Shown here piece after piece: positions 48,601-57,235 of a stretch of 64,000 nucleotides of DNA (its first letter is position 1; every line of letters starts with the position of its first letter). The DNA is from Bdellovibrionales bacterium (GTDB lineage Bacteria > Bdellovibrionota > Bdellovibrionia > Bdellovibrionales > UBA1609). Location: the NCBI GenBank assembly GCA_027317865.1, contig DAHVQG010000014.1, positions 1-64,000 of the forward strand, in the 5' to 3' direction. The translations under genes and the position numbers were made by a program. The notes below the pieces were generated by a model that was given only the letters and a program-made list of their open reading frames with translations, was not told the origin of the DNA and made no database searches.

Positions 48601-48824
48601 GTCTTTTAATGGCTTTAACACCGGTTATGCTTGAAGGAACTGCGCACGCGGGCGCAGATGTTATGAAACGTATTGCTGCGCCCATGCTCGGCGGAATTGT
48701 TACATCATTTGCACTTGAGCTTGCGGTATATCCGGCCATTTTTGCAATTTGGAAGTGGAACTTTGTTTTAAAGCGTAAGCGAAAGCTTATTGATAATATT
48801 GACGATAGGTTTGATAAGCAATGA
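45621..48824 (+). CDS. cusA: CusA-family Cu(I)/Ag(I) RND efflux pump
   Basis: DALPDLSDTQVII, GPDATGVGWVYEYAL, GAMVDAAIV, SEFMP.LNEG, NRVDML.TG, MKRIAAPM.GG. Confidence 0.95.
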   Translation: MIDKIIEFSARNRFLIFLLVIMATVAGWFSLKNLPIDALPDLSDTQVIIYTKWDRPPGIIEDQVTYPIISAMLGAPRVTDIRGISTFGTSYVYVTFKDGTDPYWARSRTLEYLSKISAELPANVHPELGPDATGVGWVYEYALVDKSGKHSLADLRTLQDWDLRYQLESVPGVAEVAAIGGYQLQYQVKLNPNALYSYHIPIEQVVHAIQQNNNEVGARVLEISGAEYMIRGRGYIKNRHDLDNTILAYKNGTPIYIKDVGTVTFGPEMRRGVADYDGEGDAVGGIVIMRYGANAEHVIAAVKKKLNEIKKTLPKGVRIVTTYDRSDLIHRAINTLKHELKLEIFVVCLVIIAFLLHLPSAIVPIVILPLAVLISFVPMYELHVSANIMSLGGIAIAIGAMVDAAIVVVENVYKHIEHFESSDKVIIHAIKEVGPSSFYSLLVIAVSFLPIFALKGQEGRLFKPLAYTKNISMFVAAVLSITLAPALLLALSRIRKLKIFGYPIGEKISQTRPEENHPISRALFRFYGPVVHWAVDHRKQVLFGALTILLLTIPAYLKLGSEFMPPLNEGTILYMPETLPGISIASAQNLLEREDQVLMSFPEVKRVFGKSGHADTATDPAPLSMTETTIMLKPRNEWPSQMTWKKLIAQMDAKMNFAGVTNSWTMPIKNRVDMLTTGIRTPVGIKIFGDNLKQIQKIGVELVPVLQKVRGTRSVFAERSTGGYYLDFDFNRERLARYGLNIAQAQNALMTAVGGKDISQTIQGRERFPINVRYFADYRSNINSLRHVLIATPSGAQIPMGEVANIRMVSGPDMIRDENGRLASYVYIDVTGRDIGRYVAAAKRAISKHLKLPTGMTIEWAGEYQNMSRADKTLKVVLPLTLLVVILLLFANTKSWAKTTIILMAVPFSAVGAVWLLFLLHYNMSVAVWVGLIALLGVDAETGIFMLLYLDLAYNAAYQKANHEGRLLSFEELRDSIYAGAVQRVRPKVMTVACLLMALTPVMLEGTAHAGADVMKRIAAPMLGGIVTSFALELAVYPAIFAIWKWNFVLKRKRKLIDNIDDRFDKQ

Positions 48825-48880
48825 TCCTTGTGGTAGCCGTTCCCTAACTAAAAATCATCTACAGCCACCCTGCCCGCCGT

Positions 48881-49591
48881 TTGAATAAGAAGATTTTGCC
48901 TTGCATTTTGAAACTTTGCTCGGGAGTTATTGGCCGAAACCCATGCTTGGGTATTCAAGTCAAAGTTCCCGATGTAGAACAAAGAGTTCTCACCGCTTCA
49001 GAAGTTGAAGTCTTTCTTCAAAACGCCAGACTCACGAACCATAGGTTTTATCCTGTATGGGCGATGGCGCTCGGAACAGGAATGCGATCAGGTGAACTTT
49101 TTGCGCTCCTATGGACCGACATCGATTTTGACGGACGTACGATTTCAGTCACGAAACAATGGACAAATAAAAATGGAACGTGCCCGACAAAGACGCTTAG
49201 AAGTCGCGTGGTACCGATCTCAGATGATTTGCTTAAGTTTCTAAAGGAACTGAAACTAAAGCGCGGAGCTAAATACGACTGCGTGCTACCGCACCTCCCA
49301 GAGTGGGAAAACGGTCAACAGGCGCAGGTCACAAAGGATTTTTGCACGGCTTTAGGAATCACGCCGATCAAGTTTCACGATCTTCGAGCAACGTTTATTA
49401 CAAGCTTATTGTCTCGTGGCGTACCGCTCGCTCAAGTTATGGCCATCGTTGGTCATAACCAGATCAAAACCACAAATGGCTATCTTAGAAGAGCCGGAGT
49501 GGATGTTCTAGGAGCGACAAATAAGCTCGGCTACAAACTCCCAAGTGATGTGGCTGGAGCACAAGTCTTATCCATCGTACAAAATCAATGA
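48881..49591 (+). pseudogene. Tyrosine integrase, 5'-truncated (catalytic domain only)
   Basis: TGMRSGEL, TKT, FHDLRATF, VGH and TTNGY catalytic residues present; no room for N-terminal domains 57 bp after cusA. Confidence 0.85.
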
Positions 49592-49598
49592 TGAAAGC

Positions 49599-49634
49599 GC
49601 AGGGCGCACAAGTGCCCTGCTACTTTTTGCTACT
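49599..49634 (+). terminator. Hairpin after the integrase, overlapping two TGCTACT repeats
   Basis: gcagggcgc-acaa-gtgccctgc followed by tacttttt. Confidence 0.6.
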
Positions 49635-49681
49635 CGCAACATTCGATTTTATGGAATTTCACGGGGTTACGTGATAATTAA

Positions 49682-49693
49682 TCTCCCCGACCA
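49682..49693 (+). repeat. attR core (copy of the tRNA-Pro 3' end)
   Basis: TCTCCCCGACCA identical to 37918-37929. Confidence 0.85.
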
Positions 49694-49701
49694 ATTACAA
49701 T

Positions 49702-50178
49702 TTAATATTTATCCACGTAAGCTTTTCGCCTCTCTAAACTGCTCGCCGGCCACTCCGACTCAACATCATAATAGATTGCAAATGCTCGTGCTCCATCAGG
49801 GAGCTTCACCCATGTAACCTTTGATCGCGTATATATATGGACGTCTGGCTTCACTTGCGACGGATCGTCAAGCGTGCCCGCACGAACGAATCGAACAATG
49901 TCTTTTGTGCCACGATAATTGCTCCACAGTGCCACTTTGCATTTTGGACATCGCCAAATTTGCTGCCCCTTGCCACTTTCAGACGGGGTCAAAATTTTTT
50001 CCAGTTCACCCGACAGTGTTTCAACATTCTCGGCTTCGATGAGAACATTAATTGCGAACGCACTGCCTGTTTCGCGCTGGCACCATGTACAGTGGCAACA
50101 ATGAACAAATAGCGGTTCTCGTTTCAATCTGTATTTAACATGACCACAAGTACAGCGACCCCTGAGCTGTTTATCCAT
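49702..50178 (-). CDS. GFA/CENP-V family Zn-binding protein
   Basis: GRCTCG, CCHCTWCQR, CPKC, GTLDDP, P.VHIY..SK..W; start uncertain. Confidence 0.88.
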   Translation of the reverse strand: MDKQLRGRCTCGHVKYRLKREPLFVHCCHCTWCQRETGSAFAINVLIEAENVETLSGELEKILTPSESGKGQQIWRCPKCKVALWSNYRGTKDIVRFVRAGTLDDPSQVKPDVHIYTRSKVTWVKLPDGARAFAIYYDVESEWPASSLERRKAYVDKY

Positions 50179-50379
50179 TTTCGCTTTCAAATTTGTTTGC
50201 ACCTCTCGTTGAAAAAAACCAAAAAGCCAATGCACCCATACATTCAAGGTAGGGGAAATTAAATGGGGGATTTATGAAAGTTTGCGCCGCCTATTTGATG
50301 GGTCTTTTTCGTATTTTGGGAACATTTGCCTATCATGTCGTTCATATCAAGTTTCATATTTTTTAGCGCCAGGCACGAA

Positions 50380-51963
50380 TTAGTCAGGTCCTGATTTTGA
50401 GCACTTGTACAGTGCGAATGGGCCGATCGTGTCTATTTTTTTATAGTGTTCAGCAAATAACTTGCGAAACTTGCGCGTGAACAGCGCGGTTTGATGGTGA
50501 TAAATACTGCCCGCAGTCCACGGCTTACCGGTTGCAGGCAAAACGAACTCACGCACTTCGCAACTACCCAAAGCCTGATAGGTAGCCTCTGGAATTTTAA
50601 CGTGCGCAAGGTGAAAATCCATTATGGACGGCATGTCCACGAGCATTCTGCCGCCTCGACTGACCAGCTCAGGGGTAAGGTAGAATAGGTCATAATTACG
50701 ATAGTCAACCCCCTTGTCCGTCACGCCCATCGATTTGGGGCCGGGATATTTTTTCTCAATTTTACGTAAATCGCGTAGGTCAGCGACCGCTCGCTTGCCG
50801 CGCCCGTTAAAAAAAGCCAAATAGCGCCCCTCGTATTGCGGCACCATCCAAAACATCCCTAAAAAACAACAAACGGCGAATCGTCGCAATTGTGAAGTCC
50901 TCTTTTTGACGAGGGTCTCTTCGCCAACAGCTGCAAAGTAGAACAATAAAGGTAAAAACGGCATAAAGTAATAGAGTCCAGATCCTGTTTTACAAGCCAG
51001 AATGACGGTCGCCGATAGTGTGCCCGCAAGAGCATAGAACGTACCACGATATCGCGCTTGAAATCCCGACAAGATAAAAATCGCGGCAAACGGCAAAAGA
51101 AAAATAATGTTGTCGCGAAATAATTTAAAATTGAGCTCGTGAGTCGCTAAAAACAATATCGCCAAAAAATTCTTTAAGCTCACACCCGGAATAAGAAAAA
51201 AAGCAAATCCCGTCGCCGCTGCCATTAAACAAAACACCGCGATTAGTCCAATTTTATTTCGAGGATTTTTTCGCTCCAAATAAAAAACGAACGACGGAAT
51301 CACATCAACACACGCGTTGATCTTACAGTTAGCGAGACATCCGCCAATGATACCGAAGACAGCCGCCAATAAAAAACTTAGCGCCCCACTTGAAGAAGTT
51401 TGTGATGAGGGCGTTTCTGCGAGCAACAGGCTCAACACGGTCAGAGGCAAAATAAAGGCGTCAGGACGATCCCAAAAGCTTGCATTATAGAAATCGATCA
51501 GAATCGCGGCAAACGTCGCCAATATAACCATTTTTTTTAGGAGCGGCCATTCGCGATTTCGTCGAACGAGCGCTCCCATCAAAATTAACGTAAGAATAAG
51601 CGACAACACGCCGGGCAATTTAGAGGCGAAAAATACATCCCATCCCGTTTTTTGAAAAAGGGCATTAATGAGCGTCGGCAGCGGCCCGTAGAGCAATGAA
51701 TACCGGTCGGCGTTCGCGAGCGAGTGATAAATCGGATGGCCGCGTAGCCAATAAGCCGCAACCGACGCGATATTTTCTTCGCCGTATTCGAAGTATCCGG
51801 GCGTCGATAAGTAGCGAATGGCATTAGACGCAAGCACGACAATAGTCGCCCCCATGAGAACGTAAAGTATTGCTTTTGAAATGCGAACAGTCGCGGGCGA
51901 CCAAGTTTTGTTTTGTAATGAAAATGCGATTGCCGTGAACAGTACAAGTGGAATTATAGTCAT
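50380..51963 (-). CDS. Polytopic membrane protein (possibly GT-C glycosyltransferase-like)
   Basis: About ten TM segments, YGPL and RPD motifs, soluble C-terminal domain. Confidence 0.6.
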   Translation of the reverse strand: MTIIPLVLFTAIAFSLQNKTWSPATVRISKAILYVLMGATIVVLASNAIRYLSTPGYFEYGEENIASVAAYWLRGHPIYHSLANADRYSLLYGPLPTLINALFQKTGWDVFFASKLPGVLSLILTLILMGALVRRNREWPLLKKMVILATFAAILIDFYNASFWDRPDAFILPLTVLSLLLAETPSSQTSSSGALSFLLAAVFGIIGGCLANCKINACVDVIPSFVFYLERKNPRNKIGLIAVFCLMAAATGFAFFLIPGVSLKNFLAILFLATHELNFKLFRDNIIFLLPFAAIFILSGFQARYRGTFYALAGTLSATVILACKTGSGLYYFMPFLPLLFYFAAVGEETLVKKRTSQLRRFAVCCFLGMFWMVPQYEGRYLAFFNGRGKRAVADLRDLRKIEKKYPGPKSMGVTDKGVDYRNYDLFYLTPELVSRGGRMLVDMPSIMDFHLAHVKIPEATYQALGSCEVREFVLPATGKPWTAGSIYHHQTALFTRKFRKLFAEHYKKIDTIGPFALYKCSKSGPD

Positions 51964-52022
51964 AGCTTCACAAATTCTTACTTTAGCCGGTCATATGTTG
52001 TTTAAGTTATAGCCGTTCAAAG

Positions 52023-52098
<76 letters not shown>

Positions 52099-52258
52099 AA
52101 AGTTGAACAAAGTTACCCAAAATCGATGACATTCTTCTATACCTGTCAACAGGTTACAGTGCAATCGCGTACTGCTCAACTGCGCGCATTTTCGTCACCG
52201 GTATTGAAGCGATTTCGTGAACAAAAGCCGCTCCACGCAAAAAAACGCCCCTAGGCCC

Positions 52259-52273
52259 TGGCATCTTGATTGC
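52259..52273 (+). promoter_or_regulatory. Sigma54 (-24/-12) promoter of the Agl-Glt-like operon
   Basis: TGGCAT-CTTGA-TTGC with exact GG-N10-GC spacing. Confidence 0.7.
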
Positions 52274-52377
52274 CTGTTTGTAGCGACCGTAGGCGTAGAA
52301 CATTTTGGACGGGTGTGAATATCCTTCCAAACAGTTGACGAAAATTGGCCGCTTAAATCGGCAGACAGGAGATCACG

Positions 52378-53076
52378 ATGGATATGAGCAGCATGAACGT
52401 GTTTGGCATGATTGCCCATGCGTTTGCACAAGGCGGAATTTGGATGATCGCAATTATGGCCGCCCAAATTTTTTCGCTGGCGATTATCGCCGAACGGTTT
52501 TACGCGCTCTTTATGGCGCGATCAAAAAACCAAGGCAAAATTGCCCGCGAATTTGAAGAAGACATAAAAAAAGGCCGGCTGGATCGTGTTATGCATAAGA
52601 CTCGGTCGCTCGCCGCAAACGAACCGATCGCCGCAGTCGCTTATGCGGGGGTTCAAGCCGCGCAAGATCTTGGCGGTCGCGATGAAATTCAGGCGCGAAT
52701 GGACGAGGTGCTTTCAATAGAAAACGCAAAACTCGAACGCCGCACCGGATTTCTTTCGATGCTTGGTAACGTCGGTACACTTCTTGGTCTTTTGGGTACG
52801 ATTGTAGGTTTGATCCGCGCGTTTTCGTCGATTGCCGATATGTCCGCGGCTCAAAAATCAGTTTATCTCTCGCAAGGCGTAGCGCTTGCTATGAACTGTA
52901 CAGCTTACGGTTTGATTGTGGCCATCCCGGCGCTTGTTATGTACGCGATTTATATGAATCGCACGCAGCACTTACAAGATGATTTAAACCAGGCGGCATT
53001 TCGCGTGTTTAACTGGCTCAGTTTTAACTTTCAATCTGTAACAGTTAAACCGTCGCGTCCGCAAAAAAGCTTATAG
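52378..53076 (+). CDS. MotA/TolQ/ExbB proton-channel protein (AglR-like)
   Basis: IIAER, GTLLGLLGTI.GLI.AF, A..CTAYGL.VAIP. Confidence 0.92.
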   Translation: MDMSSMNVFGMIAHAFAQGGIWMIAIMAAQIFSLAIIAERFYALFMARSKNQGKIAREFEEDIKKGRLDRVMHKTRSLAANEPIAAVAYAGVQAAQDLGGRDEIQARMDEVLSIENAKLERRTGFLSMLGNVGTLLGLLGTIVGLIRAFSSIADMSAAQKSVYLSQGVALAMNCTAYGLIVAIPALVMYAIYMNRTQHLQDDLNQAAFRVFNWLSFNFQSVTVKPSRPQKSL

Positions 53077-53086
53077 AGGCTAAAAC

Positions 53087-53536
53087 ATGAACCGTCACAA
53101 ACGTAAATCGCTCGACTTTGAATTGAACCTGCTGCCATTCATCTCGGTTCTTGCGGTGTGCATCAGTTTTTTACTGATCACATCCGTTTGGACCAAAATC
53201 GGAACGTTCAATCTCAAGCAGGCTTTCGGAACAGATGGCGCGCACCCCGGAGTGAAGAACCCGCCATCGCTGTGGGTTAAAATGGAAAACGACGGCTCAA
53301 TGGAAATGAAAGTAAATGCGCTCGAAAATTTGCCGGCACGGTTGCAAAACGCTCATATCTCGGCTCGCAACTGGTACGCTGTCGAATCTTACGCGCATAC
53401 TCTCAAAACAATTGCGCCACAACTCGACACGGCACTTATTTTGCCCGCACCTGACTCGACCTACGCGAACATAGTGAACGTCATGGATCGTCTCAAACAA
53501 CAAAAATTTTCGCAAGTTGGCATTGCGCCACTTTAA
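53087..53536 (+). CDS. ExbD/TolR-family protein (AglQ/AglS-like) lacking the TM Asp
   Basis: ELNLLPFISVL...FLL; Y..IV.VMD. Confidence 0.85.
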   Translation: MNRHKRKSLDFELNLLPFISVLAVCISFLLITSVWTKIGTFNLKQAFGTDGAHPGVKNPPSLWVKMENDGSMEMKVNALENLPARLQNAHISARNWYAVESYAHTLKTIAPQLDTALILPAPDSTYANIVNVMDRLKQQKFSQVGIAPL

Positions 53537-53552
53537 ATAAAGGGCTTACGCC

Positions 53553-54059
53553 ATGTTGGAGCAAAACCAAATCCTCAAACAAACTTACATCCACTCTGAG
53601 TTGGGTGATAAGCGGGTGATGCACCCAACCGGCAGTAGCGCATCGACTGGCAAAAAACGAATAGAGTCGTCACTTACGCTCACCTCACTTGTTGATTGTT
53701 TTACGACTATTCTAGTTTATTTATTGCTCGCCTCGTCGTTTGGCGCGGCCGACCTGCACATCCCGCGAAACATGCACTTACCGAGTGCCTCGAATAGCAC
53801 CAACCTTGAAAATGGAATCGACGTGGTTGTGAATAACGGCCGTTATATGATTGAAGTGGGTCGGTCAAAGCGAATTGTGCCGGTCCAACAATTGATTGAA
53901 ACATTACGCGAACAAAAACGTTCGAACCAGAAAAATTTCATTGTGGTAGAAGCCGACAAAAACACTGATTTTTCGCAAATTAACCCCGCTGTTTTAGCGG
54001 GCCTTGAGGCTGGTTTTAAACAAGTCCGGTTTGCCGTCATGCAGAAGGATGCGCCGTAA
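53553..54059 (+). CDS. ExbD/TolR-family protein (AglS-like)
   Basis: LTSLVDCFT.ILVYLL, LP.A, ADK...F, AGF..VRFAV. Confidence 0.88.
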   Translation: MLEQNQILKQTYIHSELGDKRVMHPTGSSASTGKKRIESSLTLTSLVDCFTTILVYLLLASSFGAADLHIPRNMHLPSASNSTNLENGIDVVVNNGRYMIEVGRSKRIVPVQQLIETLREQKRSNQKNFIVVEADKNTDFSQINPAVLAGLEAGFKQVRFAVMQKDAP

Positions 54060-56947
54060 TGCGATTTTTACAGTTGCGTCTTTTTTCTCTAGTACTTCTT
54101 GCCGCGACCACGGCCGGCGTCGCTCCTGTGGCGCATGCCGAAACGGGGCGGATTAACGAAAGCACGATGACCATGGTTATCGACCGGCTTCAGAATGTGC
54201 TGTCTGACTTGCACAATCGCGCCGTTAAAGCTCGCGTTCTTGCGCGTGTCGGCGATTTACTTTCTGATCGTGCCCAACTTCGCGCTTTCAACGCCGTCAA
54301 AAATAACTGCAAAACGTGCCATGGCGCGCGCATCGACCGATTCAATGCAATCCACGACTATCTTGAAGCGCTAGCGCTCAGCCAGACAACAAAAAAAGCC
54401 CTCACACCGGATCGGGCCGCTCAGATCCTAACTCAAACTGCGTATCTTTATTCGCTCGTGGGCGAACATGCAAAAGCAAAGGCGCTTTACACGCAAATCA
54501 TCGAGCGACGAGGTGTTGCGTCGAGCGCCGAACTTATTGGTGAGGCGTACGCAGGCCGCGGCGAACTCTTCTTTGACGCGGGCGATTTCATTAAAGCGGA
54601 ACACGATTATGAAAATGCCCTTCGCTACCCAATTCAAAATGCTAATTTCGTACAATATCATTTAGCTTGGTGCGAGTTTGACTTGGGGGACACCAATCAA
54701 GCTAAAAATCGTTTGATCGCGGTTTTACGCTCCCCGATAAACCCCCATGACCCGGTTTCGTTTCGGCACGATATGGCCCGTGATTTGGTGACATTTGTCG
54801 CGCGCGAGCCCATTACACTTGCCTCGATTAACGAACTCATGAGCGTCACCCCCAAAGGCGATCGCGCCGCCAATTTATTTTATTTAGGCCAAGAAGCAGC
54901 TCATTTCGGTAACCACGCCGGTTCGCTTTTGGTTTGGAATGTTTATGCGCGAACCGTTAAAGTGAGCGATGCCCATTCTCTTGCCATGCAAATGAGCACG
55001 GCTCAAGAACTGTGGGATGAAGGCCGTACCGCCGACTCACTTCGCGTTTATCAAATTTTTCTAAAGAATTTTGCAAGTCAAAATTGCTCCAAACTTGACA
55101 ACTGCGACACCTTAAAGGCGCGTTCGCGCGAATATGTGGTGGAATGGTTAAAGCGCGACCGGCTTCACCCCAACCCCCGGTTATTGACCGCACTTCAAAG
55201 TTATACGCAGACTTTCGCAAACGACGCCGAGATGATCGAGTGGACGGGCCATATTGCCCGACACCTCAAGCAATACCTGGTTGCGACGCATGAATATCAC
55301 CTTGCCGCCGACGCCGCCGCTTTGAAAATCGCCAACAGCAAAATCGATCCAAAAAAGAAACCGGAATTGCACAAAATTTTGCAGGATTCGCTTCTTGGCG
55401 AGATCGAATGTGCCGAAGCCACAAATAACACCGCGATACGTTCAACTGCGTATCAACATTATCTGCAGCTTTTACCGAACGGTCCCCAACAACTCGAAGT
55501 ACGTTACCAAATTGCCTATCTTGAGTACAAAGCGGGGCACGACGCGCGTGCGGCCCAGGCTTTTTATGCTATTGCTAACAGCCCGACTAAATACTTCGCC
55601 GATCGCAAATGGCAGAAGCTCGCAGCACATCTGAGTATTCGGGCCAACGTTAACGCCGCTGTTATGCAAAACAAAAACGGCCAAGAAAATCAGGCTCTCA
55701 ACCGGTTAAAGTCGATTCCGCTTGTGGGCGCTACTCCTGATGAACGCGTTCGCGTTTTTAGAAATGAAATCGTTTTAGCAAAAAAACTCAACGACGTTGC
55801 AACGGTTGCTGTTGCTTCGTATGGCCTTGACCAAACTCCAAAAATATCGCGAGAAACCCGCCGTTTTGCTCTAGAAAACGAACTTTGGGCGGATGAAATG
55901 AAAATGGATTTTCATTCGGCGTTCTTTGCCGCGCTCAATCTTAACCGAATGGGTTTTCGAAGCAGCTCCGATTTACTTCGCCTAGCTCTTCTCGCCGAGT
56001 TATCCGGTCACCCGTCGTGGCCCTATTATGCCCAGTATCTCAGACAAGAGCGAAGCATCGTGCAAGCTAACTTGATCCGAGAAAAATTGGTGCATGAATC
56101 CCGAGACCCGTGGCATACGCTTGCCTATTATCGAAATGAGTTACGTCGAACTCCCGAAATTTATGGCGCTACAGTTTTAGAATGTTTCGCGCGCGACCCG
56201 GTTGTACGCTTTTTACCCTATTACTTACGGGACTGGTCGATCCGCCGCAGTTCACAATATGAAGCGCTGTTTCGCTACTACACTCTTGCGCAAAACCGCG
56301 ACCTTGACTGGCGCTTAAGCCGCGACGGTCATCGCGTAACGCCTTATCGCATGCAACTTATTCGTCGCGCTTCGTGGTTGGCAAATGTTGCGGTCCAACA
56401 CCACGATTTTATCCTCGAAATCGTCAATCTTAATCGTGTCGAGCACGCCTACCAAAATTTGGCGTACGACCTTAAGCGCACACCCACGCCGAGATATTTA
56501 AATTGGTACCACAAACGGCTCTACCGCCGGCTTTTAAATTATAAAATTGCCGCGTACGATCGAGATGCTCAGTCGATTCAACGGCAATTACAAAGTTTAT
56601 GGGAAAACGGTGCCGGTCTCAATTCACTCACGAAACTTGCGCAATCTGATCTGGGTGTCAGACGGCGACTGGTCATCCGCGACCTCTATACGATTTTGCC
56701 GTTTGCTCCAAGTTCGCAAAAGTCGAAAATTGTTCAAGCCGTCGCTGATGCCGAAATCAACCCCAATTGGGATGAAATCGCGCGCGCCCGTGAAGCCGTT
56801 CGCAAAAATCCGTTTGATCTCAGCCGCATTGTTAAGCTGAAACAGCTGGAATCGCGTAGCGGAAATACATCGATGGTCGTATTTCTCGACGCGCGCCTAG
56901 CCCAGAACAAAACTTTCGGCGCCAATTTTGGAGGAGTGATCGAATGA
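54059..56947 (+). CDS. Large periplasmic TPR protein (Glt-type)
   Basis: Signal peptide; TPR-like repeats (AYAGRGELFF, YHLAWC, YQIAY); operon context. Confidence 0.75.
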   Translation: MRFLQLRLFSLVLLAATTAGVAPVAHAETGRINESTMTMVIDRLQNVLSDLHNRAVKARVLARVGDLLSDRAQLRAFNAVKNNCKTCHGARIDRFNAIHDYLEALALSQTTKKALTPDRAAQILTQTAYLYSLVGEHAKAKALYTQIIERRGVASSAELIGEAYAGRGELFFDAGDFIKAEHDYENALRYPIQNANFVQYHLAWCEFDLGDTNQAKNRLIAVLRSPINPHDPVSFRHDMARDLVTFVAREPITLASINELMSVTPKGDRAANLFYLGQEAAHFGNHAGSLLVWNVYARTVKVSDAHSLAMQMSTAQELWDEGRTADSLRVYQIFLKNFASQNCSKLDNCDTLKARSREYVVEWLKRDRLHPNPRLLTALQSYTQTFANDAEMIEWTGHIARHLKQYLVATHEYHLAADAAALKIANSKIDPKKKPELHKILQDSLLGEIECAEATNNTAIRSTAYQHYLQLLPNGPQQLEVRYQIAYLEYKAGHDARAAQAFYAIANSPTKYFADRKWQKLAAHLSIRANVNAAVMQNKNGQENQALNRLKSIPLVGATPDERVRVFRNEIVLAKKLNDVATVAVASYGLDQTPKISRETRRFALENELWADEMKMDFHSAFFAALNLNRMGFRSSSDLLRLALLAELSGHPSWPYYAQYLRQERSIVQANLIREKLVHESRDPWHTLAYYRNELRRTPEIYGATVLECFARDPVVRFLPYYLRDWSIRRSSQYEALFRYYTLAQNRDLDWRLSRDGHRVTPYRMQLIRRASWLANVAVQHHDFILEIVNLNRVEHAYQNLAYDLKRTPTPRYLNWYHKRLYRRLLNYKIAAYDRDAQSIQRQLQSLWENGAGLNSLTKLAQSDLGVRRRLVIRDLYTILPFAPSSQKSKIVQAVADAEINPNWDEIARAREAVRKNPFDLSRIVKLKQLESRSGNTSMVVFLDARLAQNKTFGANFGGVIE

Positions 56948-57234
56948 AACACTCTATACCTGCTCTCATAACTTTATGTGTTGTTTGTAGTTCAAGCTCG
57001 ATGGTTTTCGCCAGAAGCATCACCTATCAGCGCCCAACACGCTGGCATCAAACCCGCGTCGCACGCGAAATGCCACGACCCAGTTTGAGCACCAATTTTC
57101 GTTTCAATCCGGTCACCGTGCATGGCGAATACGAGAGTCCTGATGAGGGTATCGTGACGGTTGAAGACAATAAAACTCTTGGCGATCTGCTCAACTATAA
57201 CACGAACTACAAAAGTCGCCTGGCGGAGGAGTGA
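56944..57234 (+). CDS. Small secreted GltF/CglF-like protein
   Basis: Signal peptide; F....V.G....P.......K....L.....Y..RL pattern; context. Confidence 0.6.
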   Translation: MKHSIPALITLCVVCSSSSMVFARSITYQRPTRWHQTRVAREMPRPSLSTNFRFNPVTVHGEYESPDEGIVTVEDNKTLGDLLNYNTNYKSRLAEE

Positions 57235-57235
57235 A

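Larger units (their letters stand above)
37918..49693. mobile_element. Genomic island integrated at the tRNA-Pro 3' end
   Basis: Direct repeat TCTCCCCGACCA at 37918-37929 and 49682-49693; integrase remnant next to the right end; TGCTACT repeats at both ends. Confidence 0.88.

Noticed and set aside
49694..52022. Second island integrated at the tRNA-Ala 3' end
   Set aside because: No duplicate of the tRNA-Ala 3' end and no integrase found by eye
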